Assembly (NCBI GenBank): GCA_028864975.1
Contig: JAGWLG010000010.1
Span: 17,350-81,349, forward strand
Reading direction: 5' to 3'
Source of the DNA: Thermoplasmata archaeon
GTDB taxonomy: Archaea; Thermoplasmatota; Thermoplasmata; Lutacidiplasmatales; UBA184
DNA length: 64,000 bases
The number at the start of each line of letters is the position of its first letter. Positions within the stretch are counted from its first letter, which is position 1. Shown here piece after piece: positions 19,405 to 29,080 of the stretch. Both the position numbers and the translations under genes were made by a program. A model generated the notes under the pieces. It saw only the letters and a list, made by a program, of their open reading frames with translations, was not told where the DNA came from and did no database searches.

Positions 19405-19740
19405 GTGGACGCCTACCTCCGAGGGGTGGCCCCGAAGTGGCGGGGGCTGCTCACGGAGATGCGAAGGACGATCCGCGAGGCGGCGCCCGAGGCCCGCGAG
19501 GGGATCTCGTACCGGATCCCCACGTTCTTCCACCATGGGAACCTGGTCCACTTCGCGGCCTTCGAGGGCCATGCGAGCTTCTTCCCCGGGAGCGGAAGGG
19601 CGCGCGAGAAGTTCCCCCGGGAACTGCGTTCCTTCCCCGGGACGAAGGGCTCGATCCACCTCACGCCGGAGCATCCCTTGCCCTCTGCGCTCGTGAAGCG
19701 GATCGTCCGCTGGCGCGTGCGGGAGAACGAGGGGCGATAG
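19405..19740 (+). CDS. DUF1801 (YdhG-like) protein
   Basis: VDAYL, IREAAPEAREGISYRIPTF, KGSIHL...PLP. Start uncertain (ORF is open from 19255). Confidence 0.85.
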   Translation: MDAYLRGVAPKWRGLLTEMRRTIREAAPEAREGISYRIPTFFHHGNLVHFAAFEGHASFFPGSGRAREKFPRELRSFPGTKGSIHLTPEHPLPSALVKRIVRWRVRENEGR

Positions 19741-19809
19741 CGGTCGGAAGGGGCGTGCGTGCCCTCTCCGCATCGCTTTGATAATCTTGCACGCTCCCGC
19801 CAGCCCGCC

Positions 19810-21045
19810 ATGGCCGCCCTGGTGCCCCGTTCTGACTTCCCGGCGCTCCAGCCTTCTCGAGGGAAGAGCGAGGTGCCGGCCTACCTCGACAGCGCTTGCA
19901 TGTCCCTCGTCCCGTCGACCGTCCTCGACGCGCTCCGCGCGTACTACACCGAGTACCCGGGGTGTGGGGGACGGTCCGTCCATCGGTGGGCGGAAGAGGT
20001 TACGCGCAGGTACGAGGACGCTCGGGAGACTTTCGCTCGGTTCCTCGGGGCCCCTGACCCCGCTCATCTCGTCCATGTCCGCAACACCACCGAAGGGATC
20101 AACGTCGTCGCACGCGGATTCCCGTTCCAGAGGGGCGACCGGGTCCTGGTCTCCGATCAGGAGCACAACTCGAACCTTGTCGTGTGGCAGTACTTGGTGA
20201 AGGAGAAGGGGATCCGCCTGGAGGTCCTCCCTCTTCCCGACGACCGCCCCTTCGACCCCGAGGCTCTCGAGCGGGCGCTCGCGAAGAAGGTCCGGCTCGT
20301 GAGCTTCTTCCACAGCTCGAACCTCGACGGACGTACCCTCCCCGCCAAGGAGATCGTCCAGCGGGCCCACGATCACGGAGCTCAGGTCCTCTTCGACGGC
20401 TCGCAGGCCGCCCCCCACGAACTCATCGACCTCAAGTCGCTCGGGGCCGACTTCTACGCGCTCTCCTTCCACAAGATGCTGGGGCCGACGGGGACCGGCC
20501 TCCTCTACGGCGCCCCGGGGGCGCTGGAGCAGCTCTCCCCCCTCCTCCGGGGCGGGGAGACCGTCGCCTGGTCCGACTACGACGCCCACGAGCTCCTCCC
20601 GCCTCCGCATCGTTTCGAGGCCGGTCTCCAGAACTACGCCGGCGTGCTGGGAGCACGCGCCGCGGTCGACTATCTGGCGAAGGTCGGGATGGAGAACATC
20701 CCTCCCCACCACGCGCGGCTGCAGCGCCGCGTCACGAAGGAGCTCGCCGACCTCCCCGGGCTTCGCTTGCTCGGCCCGCCTCGCCCTGAGGACCGTGGGA
20801 ACATCTTCGCCTTCGTCCTCGCGGGCATCAACCCCCATGACGTGGCGCTCTTCCTGGACGAGGGTCACGGGGTCCTGGTGCGCTCCGGGATGAACTGCGT
20901 TCACTCGTGGTATCGCGCCCGGGGGCTCGACGGGAACGCCCGGGCCTCGTTCTACCTCTACACGGACGAGGGGGACGTCGACCGGTTCATCGCGGGCGTG
21001 CGGGAGCTTCGGGAACGCATCCCCGCTCCCATGGTCCCCGCTTGA
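19810..21045 (+). CDS. Cysteine desulfurase, SufS-like class V PLP enzyme
   Basis: YLDSA, NTTEGIN, EHNSN, DGSQ, SFHKMLGPTG, RFEAG, RSGMNC (catalytic Cys), RASFYLY. Confidence 0.9.
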   Translation: MAALVPRSDFPALQPSRGKSEVPAYLDSACMSLVPSTVLDALRAYYTEYPGCGGRSVHRWAEEVTRRYEDARETFARFLGAPDPAHLVHVRNTTEGINVVARGFPFQRGDRVLVSDQEHNSNLVVWQYLVKEKGIRLEVLPLPDDRPFDPEALERALAKKVRLVSFFHSSNLDGRTLPAKEIVQRAHDHGAQVLFDGSQAAPHELIDLKSLGADFYALSFHKMLGPTGTGLLYGAPGALEQLSPLLRGGETVAWSDYDAHELLPPPHRFEAGLQNYAGVLGARAAVDYLAKVGMENIPPHHARLQRRVTKELADLPGLRLLGPPRPEDRGNIFAFVLAGINPHDVALFLDEGHGVLVRSGMNCVHSWYRARGLDGNARASFYLYTDEGDVDRFIAGVRELRERIPAPMVPA

Positions 21046-21169
21046 GGGGCACCCAAGAACGTCGTACCTCAGCGTCGCTCCCGCGCTTCGATGCGAACGA
21101 CCCATCTCGCGGCGGTCGGTGGGGTCGAGCCTTACCAGCGCCGAGCGGGACGGGGTCGCTCGGGACGGC

Positions 21170-21715
21170 CTATCCCCGTCGAACGGCCCCGTCCTGGCCA
21201 GAGGTGTGAGGCTTCGGGCGGGCCAGATGGCTTGGAACGAGCAGGACCGGGACATGGACCTTGGGGACGACCTTCGCCGAAACTTCCTCGACCAGCCAGT
21301 TGACCAGCGCACCGTGCTGGGTGGTCCCCAGGACCACAAGGTCCGCCTTGAGCTCCGAGCACTTCGCCGCGAGACGCTCTGCCGGATGACCCAGCTCAAC
21401 GAGCAGCGTCGCCCGGACGCCGACTTCCGCACCTTCGGCGACGAGCGGCTGGAAGCGCTCCAGATTGACCCTGACCATCGAGGCGCGCTCGCTCTCGTTC
21501 ATCCGCGCGACGGCGTCGTGGAGAAGGTCGATCAAGTGCAGGACCCACAGGTCGCTGCCATGTTGCTGCGCGATCTCCAGCGCGACGTGCCAGGCGGGTC
21601 CGGACCGGTCGTCCCCCTCGTATCCCACGAGGATGCGTCTCGGCGGTACCGAGTAGGTATGCGGCGCGGTGGGCGACGGGACGGACGGGTCGGCGGACGG
21701 TTCCTTCGGGACCAT
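21170..21715 (-). CDS. Universal stress protein (UspA family)
   Basis: RILVGYEG, GHPAERL, ADLVVLGT, VSAKVV...VPVLLVP. Confidence 0.88.
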   Translation of the reverse strand: MVPKEPSADPSVPSPTAPHTYSVPPRRILVGYEGDDRSGPAWHVALEIAQQHGSDLWVLHLIDLLHDAVARMNESERASMVRVNLERFQPLVAEGAEVGVRATLLVELGHPAERLAAKCSELKADLVVLGTTQHGALVNWLVEEVSAKVVPKVHVPVLLVPSHLARPKPHTSGQDGAVRRG

Positions 21716-21806
21716 GGCTCACCTTACCGCTCCCCCGTCCGATGGTGGCCGCCGCAGATGAACGTGTCGTCCACCCTTCTCCTGCGCTCCCCGAGGTCGG
21801 CACCGC

Positions 21807-23084
21807 TCATCCGCCCAGGGCTCCTTCGGAGCCTGTCGAGGCCCCCTCCGATGTCACCTCGTGCCGAAAGGTTCGCGCGACGTAGCGGTCAGCGACGATG
21901 TTGCCGGTCACGATCGAAAGGAGTGCGACCCCGAGGACCCCCGCCACCACCACATGGACCGTCGACGTGGGAAGTCCGGTCGAGGTGTGGAGCAGCCCTA
22001 ACGCTAGGACCACCGGGAGGGCCCCGCGGATGCCCGAGAGCGTCAGGACATGGTACCACTCCCTCGGGAGGCGGTGGTCCCGTCCGCTAGAGAGGGTCGC
22101 GAAGGGGATGTGAGCGTAGACCGAGAGGGCCCGTCCCACGAAAAGCAGCGCGAAGGTCAGGAGGATGAGCGGAAGGAAACCCTCCAAGCTGGAGACCGCG
22201 AAGAGGAGACCCATGGCGAGGAAGATGACCGAGTTGTCGATGTAGACCACCACGTTCCAGAAGACCACCACGGATTGCCGGACCTCGGGGTCCATGGCCC
22301 TCGGGGCCACGAAGGTCCCCACGGCGATTCCCGCCAGCGCGGTCGAGACGATGCCCGAGGCCCCTACCGAGGACGCGATGAGGTACGAGCCATAGGCGGC
22401 CACGACGGTGAGGGCCGTCTCCACGGCGGGGTCGTGCAGTTCGCGGTGCAGCACGTAGACCCCTCCCGCAACGAGGAGGCCGATCGCGGCCCCGCCTCCG
22501 ATGAGCCAGAAGAACTGCTCCACCGCCGGTAGGAGTTCGACCCGGCCGGTCGCCACCACCGTGAGCACGAGCGTGAAGAGGATGACCCCGACCGCGTCGT
22601 TCAGTAGGGACTCGCTCTCGACGATGGTCGAGAGCTCTTGGGGGACCCGGATCCGCTTGAAGAGGTCCACGATGCCGATCGGGTCCGTTGGGGAGAGGAT
22701 GGAGGCGAGGAGGAGCGCGGCCCCCAAGGGAAGAAGCCCCACGAGCACGAGCGCCTCCCCCGTGAAGATCGCGGTCAGGACCACTCCGACAAAGACGAGA
22801 AAGAGCACGGTCGCCGCCCTGGAACGAAGCGCTCGGAAGTTCACATGGATGGCCGCCTCAAAGACGATAGGGGGCAGCAACAGGTCGAAGAAGACCGAAG
22901 GCGTGAAGATGGAGGCCACCCCGGCGAGCGTCGGGCCGAGCCAGGACGTTTCGGAGAGGAGCCCCAGCAGGATCCCGAGCGCGACGAGCGCGATGGTCAG
23001 CGGGACCTTGACCCACTTGCTGGCCGCCACCACGGCCACCGCGAGGACGAGAAGGAGGAGGAAGGGAAGCAGCGAGAGGGTCAC
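21807..23084 (-). CDS. CPA1-family Na+(K+)/H+ antiporter (NhaP-like)
   Basis: LLPPIVFEAA, SPTDPI, ESESLLNDAVG, SGIRGALP and about 12 TM helices. Confidence 0.92.
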   Translation of the reverse strand: MTLSLLPFLLLLVLAVAVVAASKWVKVPLTIALVALGILLGLLSETSWLGPTLAGVASIFTPSVFFDLLLPPIVFEAAIHVNFRALRSRAATVLFLVFVGVVLTAIFTGEALVLVGLLPLGAALLLASILSPTDPIGIVDLFKRIRVPQELSTIVESESLLNDAVGVILFTLVLTVVATGRVELLPAVEQFFWLIGGGAAIGLLVAGGVYVLHRELHDPAVETALTVVAAYGSYLIASSVGASGIVSTALAGIAVGTFVAPRAMDPEVRQSVVVFWNVVVYIDNSVIFLAMGLLFAVSSLEGFLPLILLTFALLFVGRALSVYAHIPFATLSSGRDHRLPREWYHVLTLSGIRGALPVVLALGLLHTSTGLPTSTVHVVVAGVLGVALLSIVTGNIVADRYVARTFRHEVTSEGASTGSEGALGG

Positions 23085-23175
23085 AGTTCCTCGCTTCGCC
23101 GCTGCGGTCTGCGGCGGCGGGAAGCCGCGGCCCTCCGGGCGACGGGGCCTCGAGGGGCGGCAGTGGGCACGTGCT

Positions 23176-23907
23176 TCAGCGCCCCTGAGGGAGCCCGTAC
23201 CACTGGGCGAAACGCTTCAGGTTGGCGAGGCTCCCGATCACCAGCACGGCCGTCCCCACGTCGAAGCGCGTCGACGAGGGGGGGTTGATGACCGTTCGGT
23301 ATTCCTCCTTACCCGCTGGGCCCGGGCCCCGCACGATCCCAAGGACAAGGCAGTCGGAAGCCTGGCGAACCCGTCGTTCGGCCTCAAGGAGCGGGAGGCC
23401 TGCGATCGGAGCGCCCTCGAGCACACGGTACTCCTGGACGTCGGCCCCGTAGGCCGCCGTGGTCAGGTCCTCCAGGGTCTGAACGACCTCGGGACGGAAG
23501 GCGGCGGAGGCGCACATGCGTCCGCCCATGTCCTTGGTCGAGACGATGAAGGTGACCCCGGCCGCCTTGAGGGTCTTGCGAAGCTCAGGTCGATGGAGGC
23601 TCACGACGACCCGGACCGTCGGATGCACGTTCCGAGTGAAGAGCGCCGCGATGAGGTTCACAGTGTCCTCGGAGTGGCAGAGGATCAGGGACGCGGCCTT
23701 CCCCACCTCGGCCCGCTCGAGGGTCTCGGGACTGGTCAGGTCGCCCCGAACAACGGGCGTCCTCTCAGGGCGGACCGCACCCCGAGCGGCCTCCTCCTCC
23801 TTCGCGTTCTCGGCGATGACCACGACCTCCCTGCCGCTCGCGAGCAGTTCGCGGACCGCCGCGGCGCCAACGGTCGTGAAGCCCCCGACGATGACGTGGC
23901 CCTTCAT
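23176..23907 (-). CDS. Stand-alone TrkA/RCK (N+C) regulatory protein
   Basis: Rossmann-like HVIVGGFTTVG, GDLTSPETLERAEV, and RCK-C INPPSSTRFDVG. Confidence 0.85.
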   Translation of the reverse strand: MKGHVIVGGFTTVGAAAVRELLASGREVVVIAENAKEEEAARGAVRPERTPVVRGDLTSPETLERAEVGKAASLILCHSEDTVNLIAALFTRNVHPTVRVVVSLHRPELRKTLKAAGVTFIVSTKDMGGRMCASAAFRPEVVQTLEDLTTAAYGADVQEYRVLEGAPIAGLPLLEAERRVRQASDCLVLGIVRGPGPAGKEEYRTVINPPSSTRFDVGTAVLVIGSLANLKRFAQWYGLPQGR

Positions 23908-24767
23908 CGCACTTCTCCCGGGGCCCTGCCGTGCTTCCTCGTCCGGGAAAGAGCGGGCCGGCGGGCCCCAGCCCCCGTTAGCCGCACCCTCACCGGCGGT
24001 GGGGTCAGCTGCATCGTGACCTGGGATAGGTCGCCGACCGGGACCACCCGGGTCCCTCGAGACGGCGCTCCCGGACCCGTGCTCGGAGGTGAAGCGGACC
24101 GCCCCTCGCTACGGCCGAGGGCGAAGACCGCCAGCATGCCGGCGGCCTGGGCGCCGGCCACGTCCTCGGGGGCGTCCCCGACGTGGACCGTTTCCCGGGA
24201 GCGGACCCCCATCTCGTCGAGGCACATCTGGAAGATGCGAGGGTCCGGCTTGCACCAAGGAAGTTCCTCGCTGAGCGACAGGACATCGAAGTGCCGCAGC
24301 AGCCGATGCTCGGCGAGAAGCCAGCGAACGCTCTCGGCAGGCTCGGAGAGCAGGTTCGACACCACTCCCAAGCGGACCCCCTGCGCCTCCAGGCGGGGGA
24401 ACAATCGGAGGACCTCCCGATCCACATGCACCGGCAGCTTCCTCACCAGGGGGTCGAGCCTGCGGGCGATGGCCCCGGGTTGGTGGAGGCGTCCTGCGAG
24501 CTCGGCCGCGTGACGGCTCTGCTTCTCGATCGACGCCGACCGCCCTCGGGCGGCGCACGCTTGGGCCTCCTTCCAGGCCGCCTTGACCGCCGCGCGTGGC
24601 GGGGTGGGTCGGGCGGCGAGGTCGCCTCGGGCCGCCCACGAGCTCACTTCCTCTTCCCAGATCTCCAGGCGGCGCCGCTCGTACCGACGAGCTTCGGAGG
24701 GCTCGAGCCGGAAGATCGTGCCCCATAGGTCGAAGGTCATGCCGCGGACCTCGGTGCCCCACAACAT
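23904..24767 (-). CDS. HAD-superfamily hydrolase
   Basis: Motif I FDLWGT, motif II VVSN, KPDPRIF, HVGD...DVAGAQAAGM. Confidence 0.88.
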   Translation of the reverse strand: MLWGTEVRGMTFDLWGTIFRLEPSEARRYERRRLEIWEEEVSSWAARGDLAARPTPPRAAVKAAWKEAQACAARGRSASIEKQSRHAAELAGRLHQPGAIARRLDPLVRKLPVHVDREVLRLFPRLEAQGVRLGVVSNLLSEPAESVRWLLAEHRLLRHFDVLSLSEELPWCKPDPRIFQMCLDEMGVRSRETVHVGDAPEDVAGAQAAGMLAVFALGRSEGRSASPPSTGPGAPSRGTRVVPVGDLSQVTMQLTPPPVRVRLTGAGARRPALSRTRKHGRAPGEVR

Positions 24768-24799
24768 GCGTCGTCCCGCGGGATGGGCAGCCCCTCGCG

Positions 24800-24916
24800 C
24801 TAGAGCCCCCTGTAGAGAAGGTACAGGACGACCAGCAGGGAAAGGGCCACGGCGGCCACCAGGAACACGAGCAGGCGCTGCCGGGTCCTCTTCGTGCCGT
24901 GGAAGCGTCTCGCCAT
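24800..24916 (-). CDS. 38-aa single-TM small protein
   Basis: MARRFHGTKRTRQR basic N-terminus plus a hydrophobic helix, GGAG upstream, and a position inside a co-directional gene string. Confidence 0.5.
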   Translation of the reverse strand: MARRFHGTKRTRQRLLVFLVAAVALSLLVVLYLLYRGL

Positions 24917-24998
24917 CTGCTCCCCCCACCACGCCTGGAACGTCCCCGAGGCGGGGCCGAAGGGAGAGGTAGGCCCGGCGAGGAGGAGTTCCCCGGCG

Positions 24999-25775
24999 CT
25001 AGCTCGCAATCGACCACCTCCGTCGGGGGCGTCGTAGCGCTTCCAGGACGAGGGAGACCCGTCGGTTCGCCTCCGTGGCGACCGGCTCACGGTCCTGAGG
25101 TCTGCGGACGAAGAGGACCAGCGAGAGCTCCGCCACCCCCGGGGTCCTCGCACGGTTGGTCAGGATCGGTGGGAACCTGGGGTCGAGACGAGGGCGGAGC
25201 CGGCTCAGGCTCTTGCGCACCTCGCTCTCGAAGGAGGGGAGGTCCACGTTGTTGTCGAGCGTGACAGGGATGACCACCTCGCGCCAGGCGTTGGGGGTGA
25301 GGTTGAGCACCACCTCGCGGACGAAGGTGGAGTTCGGGACGGAGACCAGGTGGTCGTCCTCGGAAAGGAGCACGGTGCTGATCGGATTGATCTCGATGAC
25401 CTTGCCGGCGTGGTTGCCCACCTGGACCGTGTCCCCGGCCTTGAACGGCACGTAGACATCCGAGAAGTACTTCGCCCCCAGGTTCTCGAGCGGCACGCGG
25501 AAGGCGACCACCAGGGCGACCCCTGCGATGGCCACGACGAGAAGCAGGATGTCCGTCGCGACCCCGAGGGTCTGGACGGCGATCACGATGCCCACGACCC
25601 AGATGAGCGCGGAGGAAAGGCGGACGGCGGTCGCCGCCACGTGAGGCACGCTCTCCTGCATCGCCGCACGGAGGATCCCGCCCACGCCCCGCGCAACGAG
25701 CCAGGTGACCACGAGCACGATCCCCGCGAGGGCGACCGGCTCGACCGGTCCCAGCTGGTCCAGATAGGGGAGCAT
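24999..25775 (-). CDS. mscS: Small-conductance mechanosensitive channel (MscS family)
   Basis: Three TM helices followed by PFKAGDTVQVG...GKVIEI...VSVPNS. Confidence 0.9.
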   Translation of the reverse strand: MLPYLDQLGPVEPVALAGIVLVVTWLVARGVGGILRAAMQESVPHVAATAVRLSSALIWVVGIVIAVQTLGVATDILLLVVAIAGVALVVAFRVPLENLGAKYFSDVYVPFKAGDTVQVGNHAGKVIEINPISTVLLSEDDHLVSVPNSTFVREVVLNLTPNAWREVVIPVTLDNNVDLPSFESEVRKSLSRLRPRLDPRFPPILTNRARTPGVAELSLVLFVRRPQDREPVATEANRRVSLVLEALRRPRRRWSIAS

Positions 25776-27155
25776 CTACGCCTCCGCGAGCTCTTCCATG
25801 AGCTTGGATTCCTCGATGGCCGCGTTGTCCAGCGAGCAGAGCGAGGAGGTCCGGTACCCCTCGTCTCCCATCATGGAACGGAGCTCGGGGTCGTTGAGGA
25901 GGGTCTCTATCTGGGCGGCGAGGGTGACTTCGTCCGCCGGGTCGAAGGTGAGGCCGTTGCGGCCCGAACGGATGATCTCGGTGATCCCGGCCTCCCGGGA
26001 AACGAGCGTCGGGCGACGATGTAACCAGCTTTCGACGACGACCAGCCCGAAGCCCTCCTTCGAGGAAGGTAGGACTGTGAAGAGGCTGCGCTCGTAGAGC
26101 GCGTCCAGGGTCTCCTGGGTGACGTGGCCGGTGAACAGGACGCGTGCGTCGAGGCCAAGCCGATGGACCAGCAACTCGAGCTCGGAGCGCCACTGGGCGG
26201 ACTTTGACAGCGCAAGCCCTCCCTTTGCCCCCGAGAAGCTGCCGTTCCCGACCAGTACCAGCTTGAGACGAGGGAACTTCCGGGCAATCCGCGCGAAAGC
26301 GCGGATCGCGCGGTCCTGACCCTTCGCGGGGTCCATCCTGGCGACCAACAGCCCCACCTCGTCCTCGGGCCGAAGACCCAAGGCCGCACAGCGAGAGGCG
26401 ATCTCCGGGGGCGAGGGATACCCATACTCCTTGGGGTCCACGTAGGGGTAGAGCCTTCGCGTGTCCCCCTGATACCCGAAGTCCCGGAGGGCCGAGCGGT
26501 AGCGGTCCGTGCTGACGACGACCGTGTCGTAGTGGGAGAGGTACTCCTCGAACGTGGCCCCCCACTCGGGGGGGACCGTCGTGGGACCGAACGGGATGTG
26601 CCAGCGGAAGAGCTTCGGTTTCAGCCCGCCCAGCATCGCACCCACCTGGAGCTGCTGGAAGTCGTGGATGTAGAACAGGTGGAAATCGTACTTGCGATCG
26701 AGCCGACGTAAGAGCTCGGCGGTCGAGCGATTGTAATAGGCGTACTCGGAGAAGTCGTCCGTCCAGAGGAGGTCCGAGGGGCGCCCCGGGGTCCTGAGCC
26801 CGTGGGCGAGGCGCCAGATCGCCTCCTTGACCACTCCGTACCCCAGCATGCGGGCGCGTCCAATCGAGACGTTGTGGAGCGCGAGGTCGTGGTAGCGCAT
26901 CTTGGGAGGGGCGTTGGGGTTCAACGCCACCCAGTGCGCTTTCCCCAGGGTTCCTCGCGACCGGAGCCGTTCGACCAGGGGGAGCACCATCCGGGTCACT
27001 CCCCCCGGCGAGAGCCGGTAGTCCTGGCCTTCCTTGAGCCGGTCGAGGTCGAGCTCCTTCGCGACCCGTCGCTGCCGTGAAGTGGCGGGCCAAGGGGACA
27101 ACAGCTGGACAAGAGGGGTCTGCGTGTTGATGCAGATGCTCAGAGGTTCCTCCAT
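25776..27155 (-). CDS. Family 4 glycosyltransferase, probably trehalose(-6-phosphate) synthase-like
   Basis: SPGGVT, IHDFQQL, WHIPF, ARMDPAKGQ, EGFGLVVVES. Confidence 0.85.
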   Translation of the reverse strand: MEEPLSICINTQTPLVQLLSPWPATSRQRRVAKELDLDRLKEGQDYRLSPGGVTRMVLPLVERLRSRGTLGKAHWVALNPNAPPKMRYHDLALHNVSIGRARMLGYGVVKEAIWRLAHGLRTPGRPSDLLWTDDFSEYAYYNRSTAELLRRLDRKYDFHLFYIHDFQQLQVGAMLGGLKPKLFRWHIPFGPTTVPPEWGATFEEYLSHYDTVVVSTDRYRSALRDFGYQGDTRRLYPYVDPKEYGYPSPPEIASRCAALGLRPEDEVGLLVARMDPAKGQDRAIRAFARIARKFPRLKLVLVGNGSFSGAKGGLALSKSAQWRSELELLVHRLGLDARVLFTGHVTQETLDALYERSLFTVLPSSKEGFGLVVVESWLHRRPTLVSREAGITEIIRSGRNGLTFDPADEVTLAAQIETLLNDPELRSMMGDEGYRTSSLCSLDNAAIEESKLMEELAEA

Positions 27156-27309
27156 CTTCGTCGGCTCTCCCGCGTCCAGAACGGCCGCTCCACCTCCCGT
27201 TCGACCTCTCCGCCGCGGGCCCTCTCCTCGAGGCGGGGAACCCCCCGGAGCTCCGGAGGGGGAGCCGTAGTTGGAACCTGAAAGAAGAGCGAGAAGATGG
27301 TTTCTTACC

Positions 27310-27321
27310 CCAACATGTTGG
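27310..27321. promoter_or_regulatory. Perfect 12-bp palindrome CCAACATGTTGG upstream of the GT4 operon
   Basis: Lies in an AT-rich intergenic patch ~155 nt before the GT4 start. Confidence 0.35.
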
Positions 27322-27348
27322 ATTTCTACATCGAGAGCGACATCCGCC

Positions 27349-27765
27349 CTAGAGCATCCCCCACGTCGCATTGAACCACACGGGCACGGGACCGTAGCCG
27401 CCGCTCTGGTAGCCCGCCCAGCACTCGTACATTCCACCGTTGGACCAGAAGGAGTAGGAGTCCCCGTCCGTCATGCGGGCGTGGTTGTACATCATGCCGC
27501 CCCCGGGTCCGTTCATGGAGTACATCATCGGTTCCGCTCCGTGGTAGGAGGCGTGCATCGTCGCGTAGACCGAGGATGGCAGGGCCATGCTCGCCGTGGA
27601 GCCTCCCGCCGTGGAGACGAGGACCTTCTGCGAAGCCGAGTTCACCGGCAGATAGATCGCGGCCAGGACCGCAGCGAGGGCGGCAACGACCACGACAACA
27701 GCCACAAGGATCGCAACGCGCTTCCTTCCCTTCCGGACCGGGGCCCCCGGTGGTAGTGTCGACAT
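27349..27765 (-). CDS. Membrane-anchored hypothetical protein with Met/Tyr-rich extracellular domain
   Basis: RKGRKR followed by a long hydrophobic helix and a MMYSMNGPGGGMMY segment. Confidence 0.7.
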   Translation of the reverse strand: MSTLPPGAPVRKGRKRVAILVAVVVVVAALAAVLAAIYLPVNSASQKVLVSTAGGSTASMALPSSVYATMHASYHGAEPMMYSMNGPGGGMMYNHARMTDGDSYSFWSNGGMYECWAGYQSGGYGPVPVWFNATWGML

Positions 27766-28066
27766 GCCCGAGAAATGAGAAGGCGAGAGAAAGACGACTT
27801 CGTCAAATCGGGGCCGCTGAGCGGACGCGGTCGTGTCGCGAGGCAGTCCCCGCCGCGAGGGAGGCCAGAGGACGTTCGGCTCGGGGTGGCCGTGGTCGCG
27901 GGAGGGTGCCCCAGCGCCCCGGGTCCCTCTCCTGGACAGGGTCGCCTAGGACGGCCGCTTCACTCACCGTGAGTGACCTCCCCACGTGCCTACTCCTTAT
28001 CCGAACAACCCCCGATGCCTCATCAGGGACGCCCCAAGCGTCAGTCGATCCCGGGGGAGGTGCTGC

Positions 28067-29080
28067 ATGGATTCGAAGCACGCGATCATGGTCGAGGACC
28101 TGGTCAAGACCTATCCTCCCGACGTGCATGCCGTGAAGGGGATCAGCTTCCAGGTCCCCCCAGGGCAGATCTTCGGCTTCCTGGGCCCCAACGGCGCGGG
28201 CAAGACGACGACGGTCTCGATGCTGACCACGCTCCTCCGCCCCACGAAAGGGCGGGCCGTCGTGGGAGGGATCGACGTGGCAGAGGAGCCTCGACGGGTC
28301 CGAAGGGCTATCGGTCTGGTCTTCCAGGATTCGACGGCGGATGGCGAGCTCACGGGACGCGAGAACATGGAGGTCGCGGCCGGGCTCTTCGGCATGTCCT
28401 CCGCCGAATGCCGAGGACGGATCGATGAGCTCCTCGCGAGCATGGACCTGAAGGAAGCGGCAGGTCGAAGGGTGAAAGGCTACTCGGGGGGGATGAAACG
28501 CCGGCTCGAGCTCGCGGTGAGCCTGGTCCATACCCCCGAGGTCCTCTTCCTCGATGAGCCGACGATCGGGCTGGACCCTCAGGGGCGAGCCGGGTTCTGG
28601 CGATACATCAGCCAGATGCGAAAGGAGCAGGAGGTCACGGTCTTCATGACGACGCACTACCTCGACGAGGTCGAGAACCTCGCCGACCGCGTCTCGATCA
28701 TCGACCACGGCAAGATCATCGCGAGCGGCTCCAACGACGCCCTGAAGGAACGTGTGGGGGGCGACGAGATCGAGGTCCGTGTGGGCAAGGGAACTCCGGT
28801 CCTCACGACCGCCCTGTCGGCCGTTCCCACCGTCCGCGAGGTCAAGCGCGAAGGGGACCTCTATCGAGTGAAGTGTCCGAGAGGCGAAGCGGTCCTCTCC
28901 TCGCTCGTGAAGGCCTGCGACCTTCCCGGCGCGTCCATCGAGGGGATTCGCGTCCTGCGGCCGAGCCTGGACCGGGTCTTCCTCGAGCTCACGGGCAAGG
29001 CCTACCGCGAAGAAGGGTACGATGAAGGACGCGCGGCGGCGTCCTCGGCGTTCCACCGCCGGCGACAGGGAGGGGGTTGA
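28067..29080 (+). CDS. ABC-2 exporter ATP-binding subunit (DrrA-like)
   Basis: GPNGAGKT, YSGGMKRR, LFLDEPT, TTHY, PSLDRVFL. GGAGGTG RBS. Confidence 0.95.
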   Translation: MDSKHAIMVEDLVKTYPPDVHAVKGISFQVPPGQIFGFLGPNGAGKTTTVSMLTTLLRPTKGRAVVGGIDVAEEPRRVRRAIGLVFQDSTADGELTGRENMEVAAGLFGMSSAECRGRIDELLASMDLKEAAGRRVKGYSGGMKRRLELAVSLVHTPEVLFLDEPTIGLDPQGRAGFWRYISQMRKEQEVTVFMTTHYLDEVENLADRVSIIDHGKIIASGSNDALKERVGGDEIEVRVGKGTPVLTTALSAVPTVREVKREGDLYRVKCPRGEAVLSSLVKACDLPGASIEGIRVLRPSLDRVFLELTGKAYREEGYDEGRAAASSAFHRRRQGGG

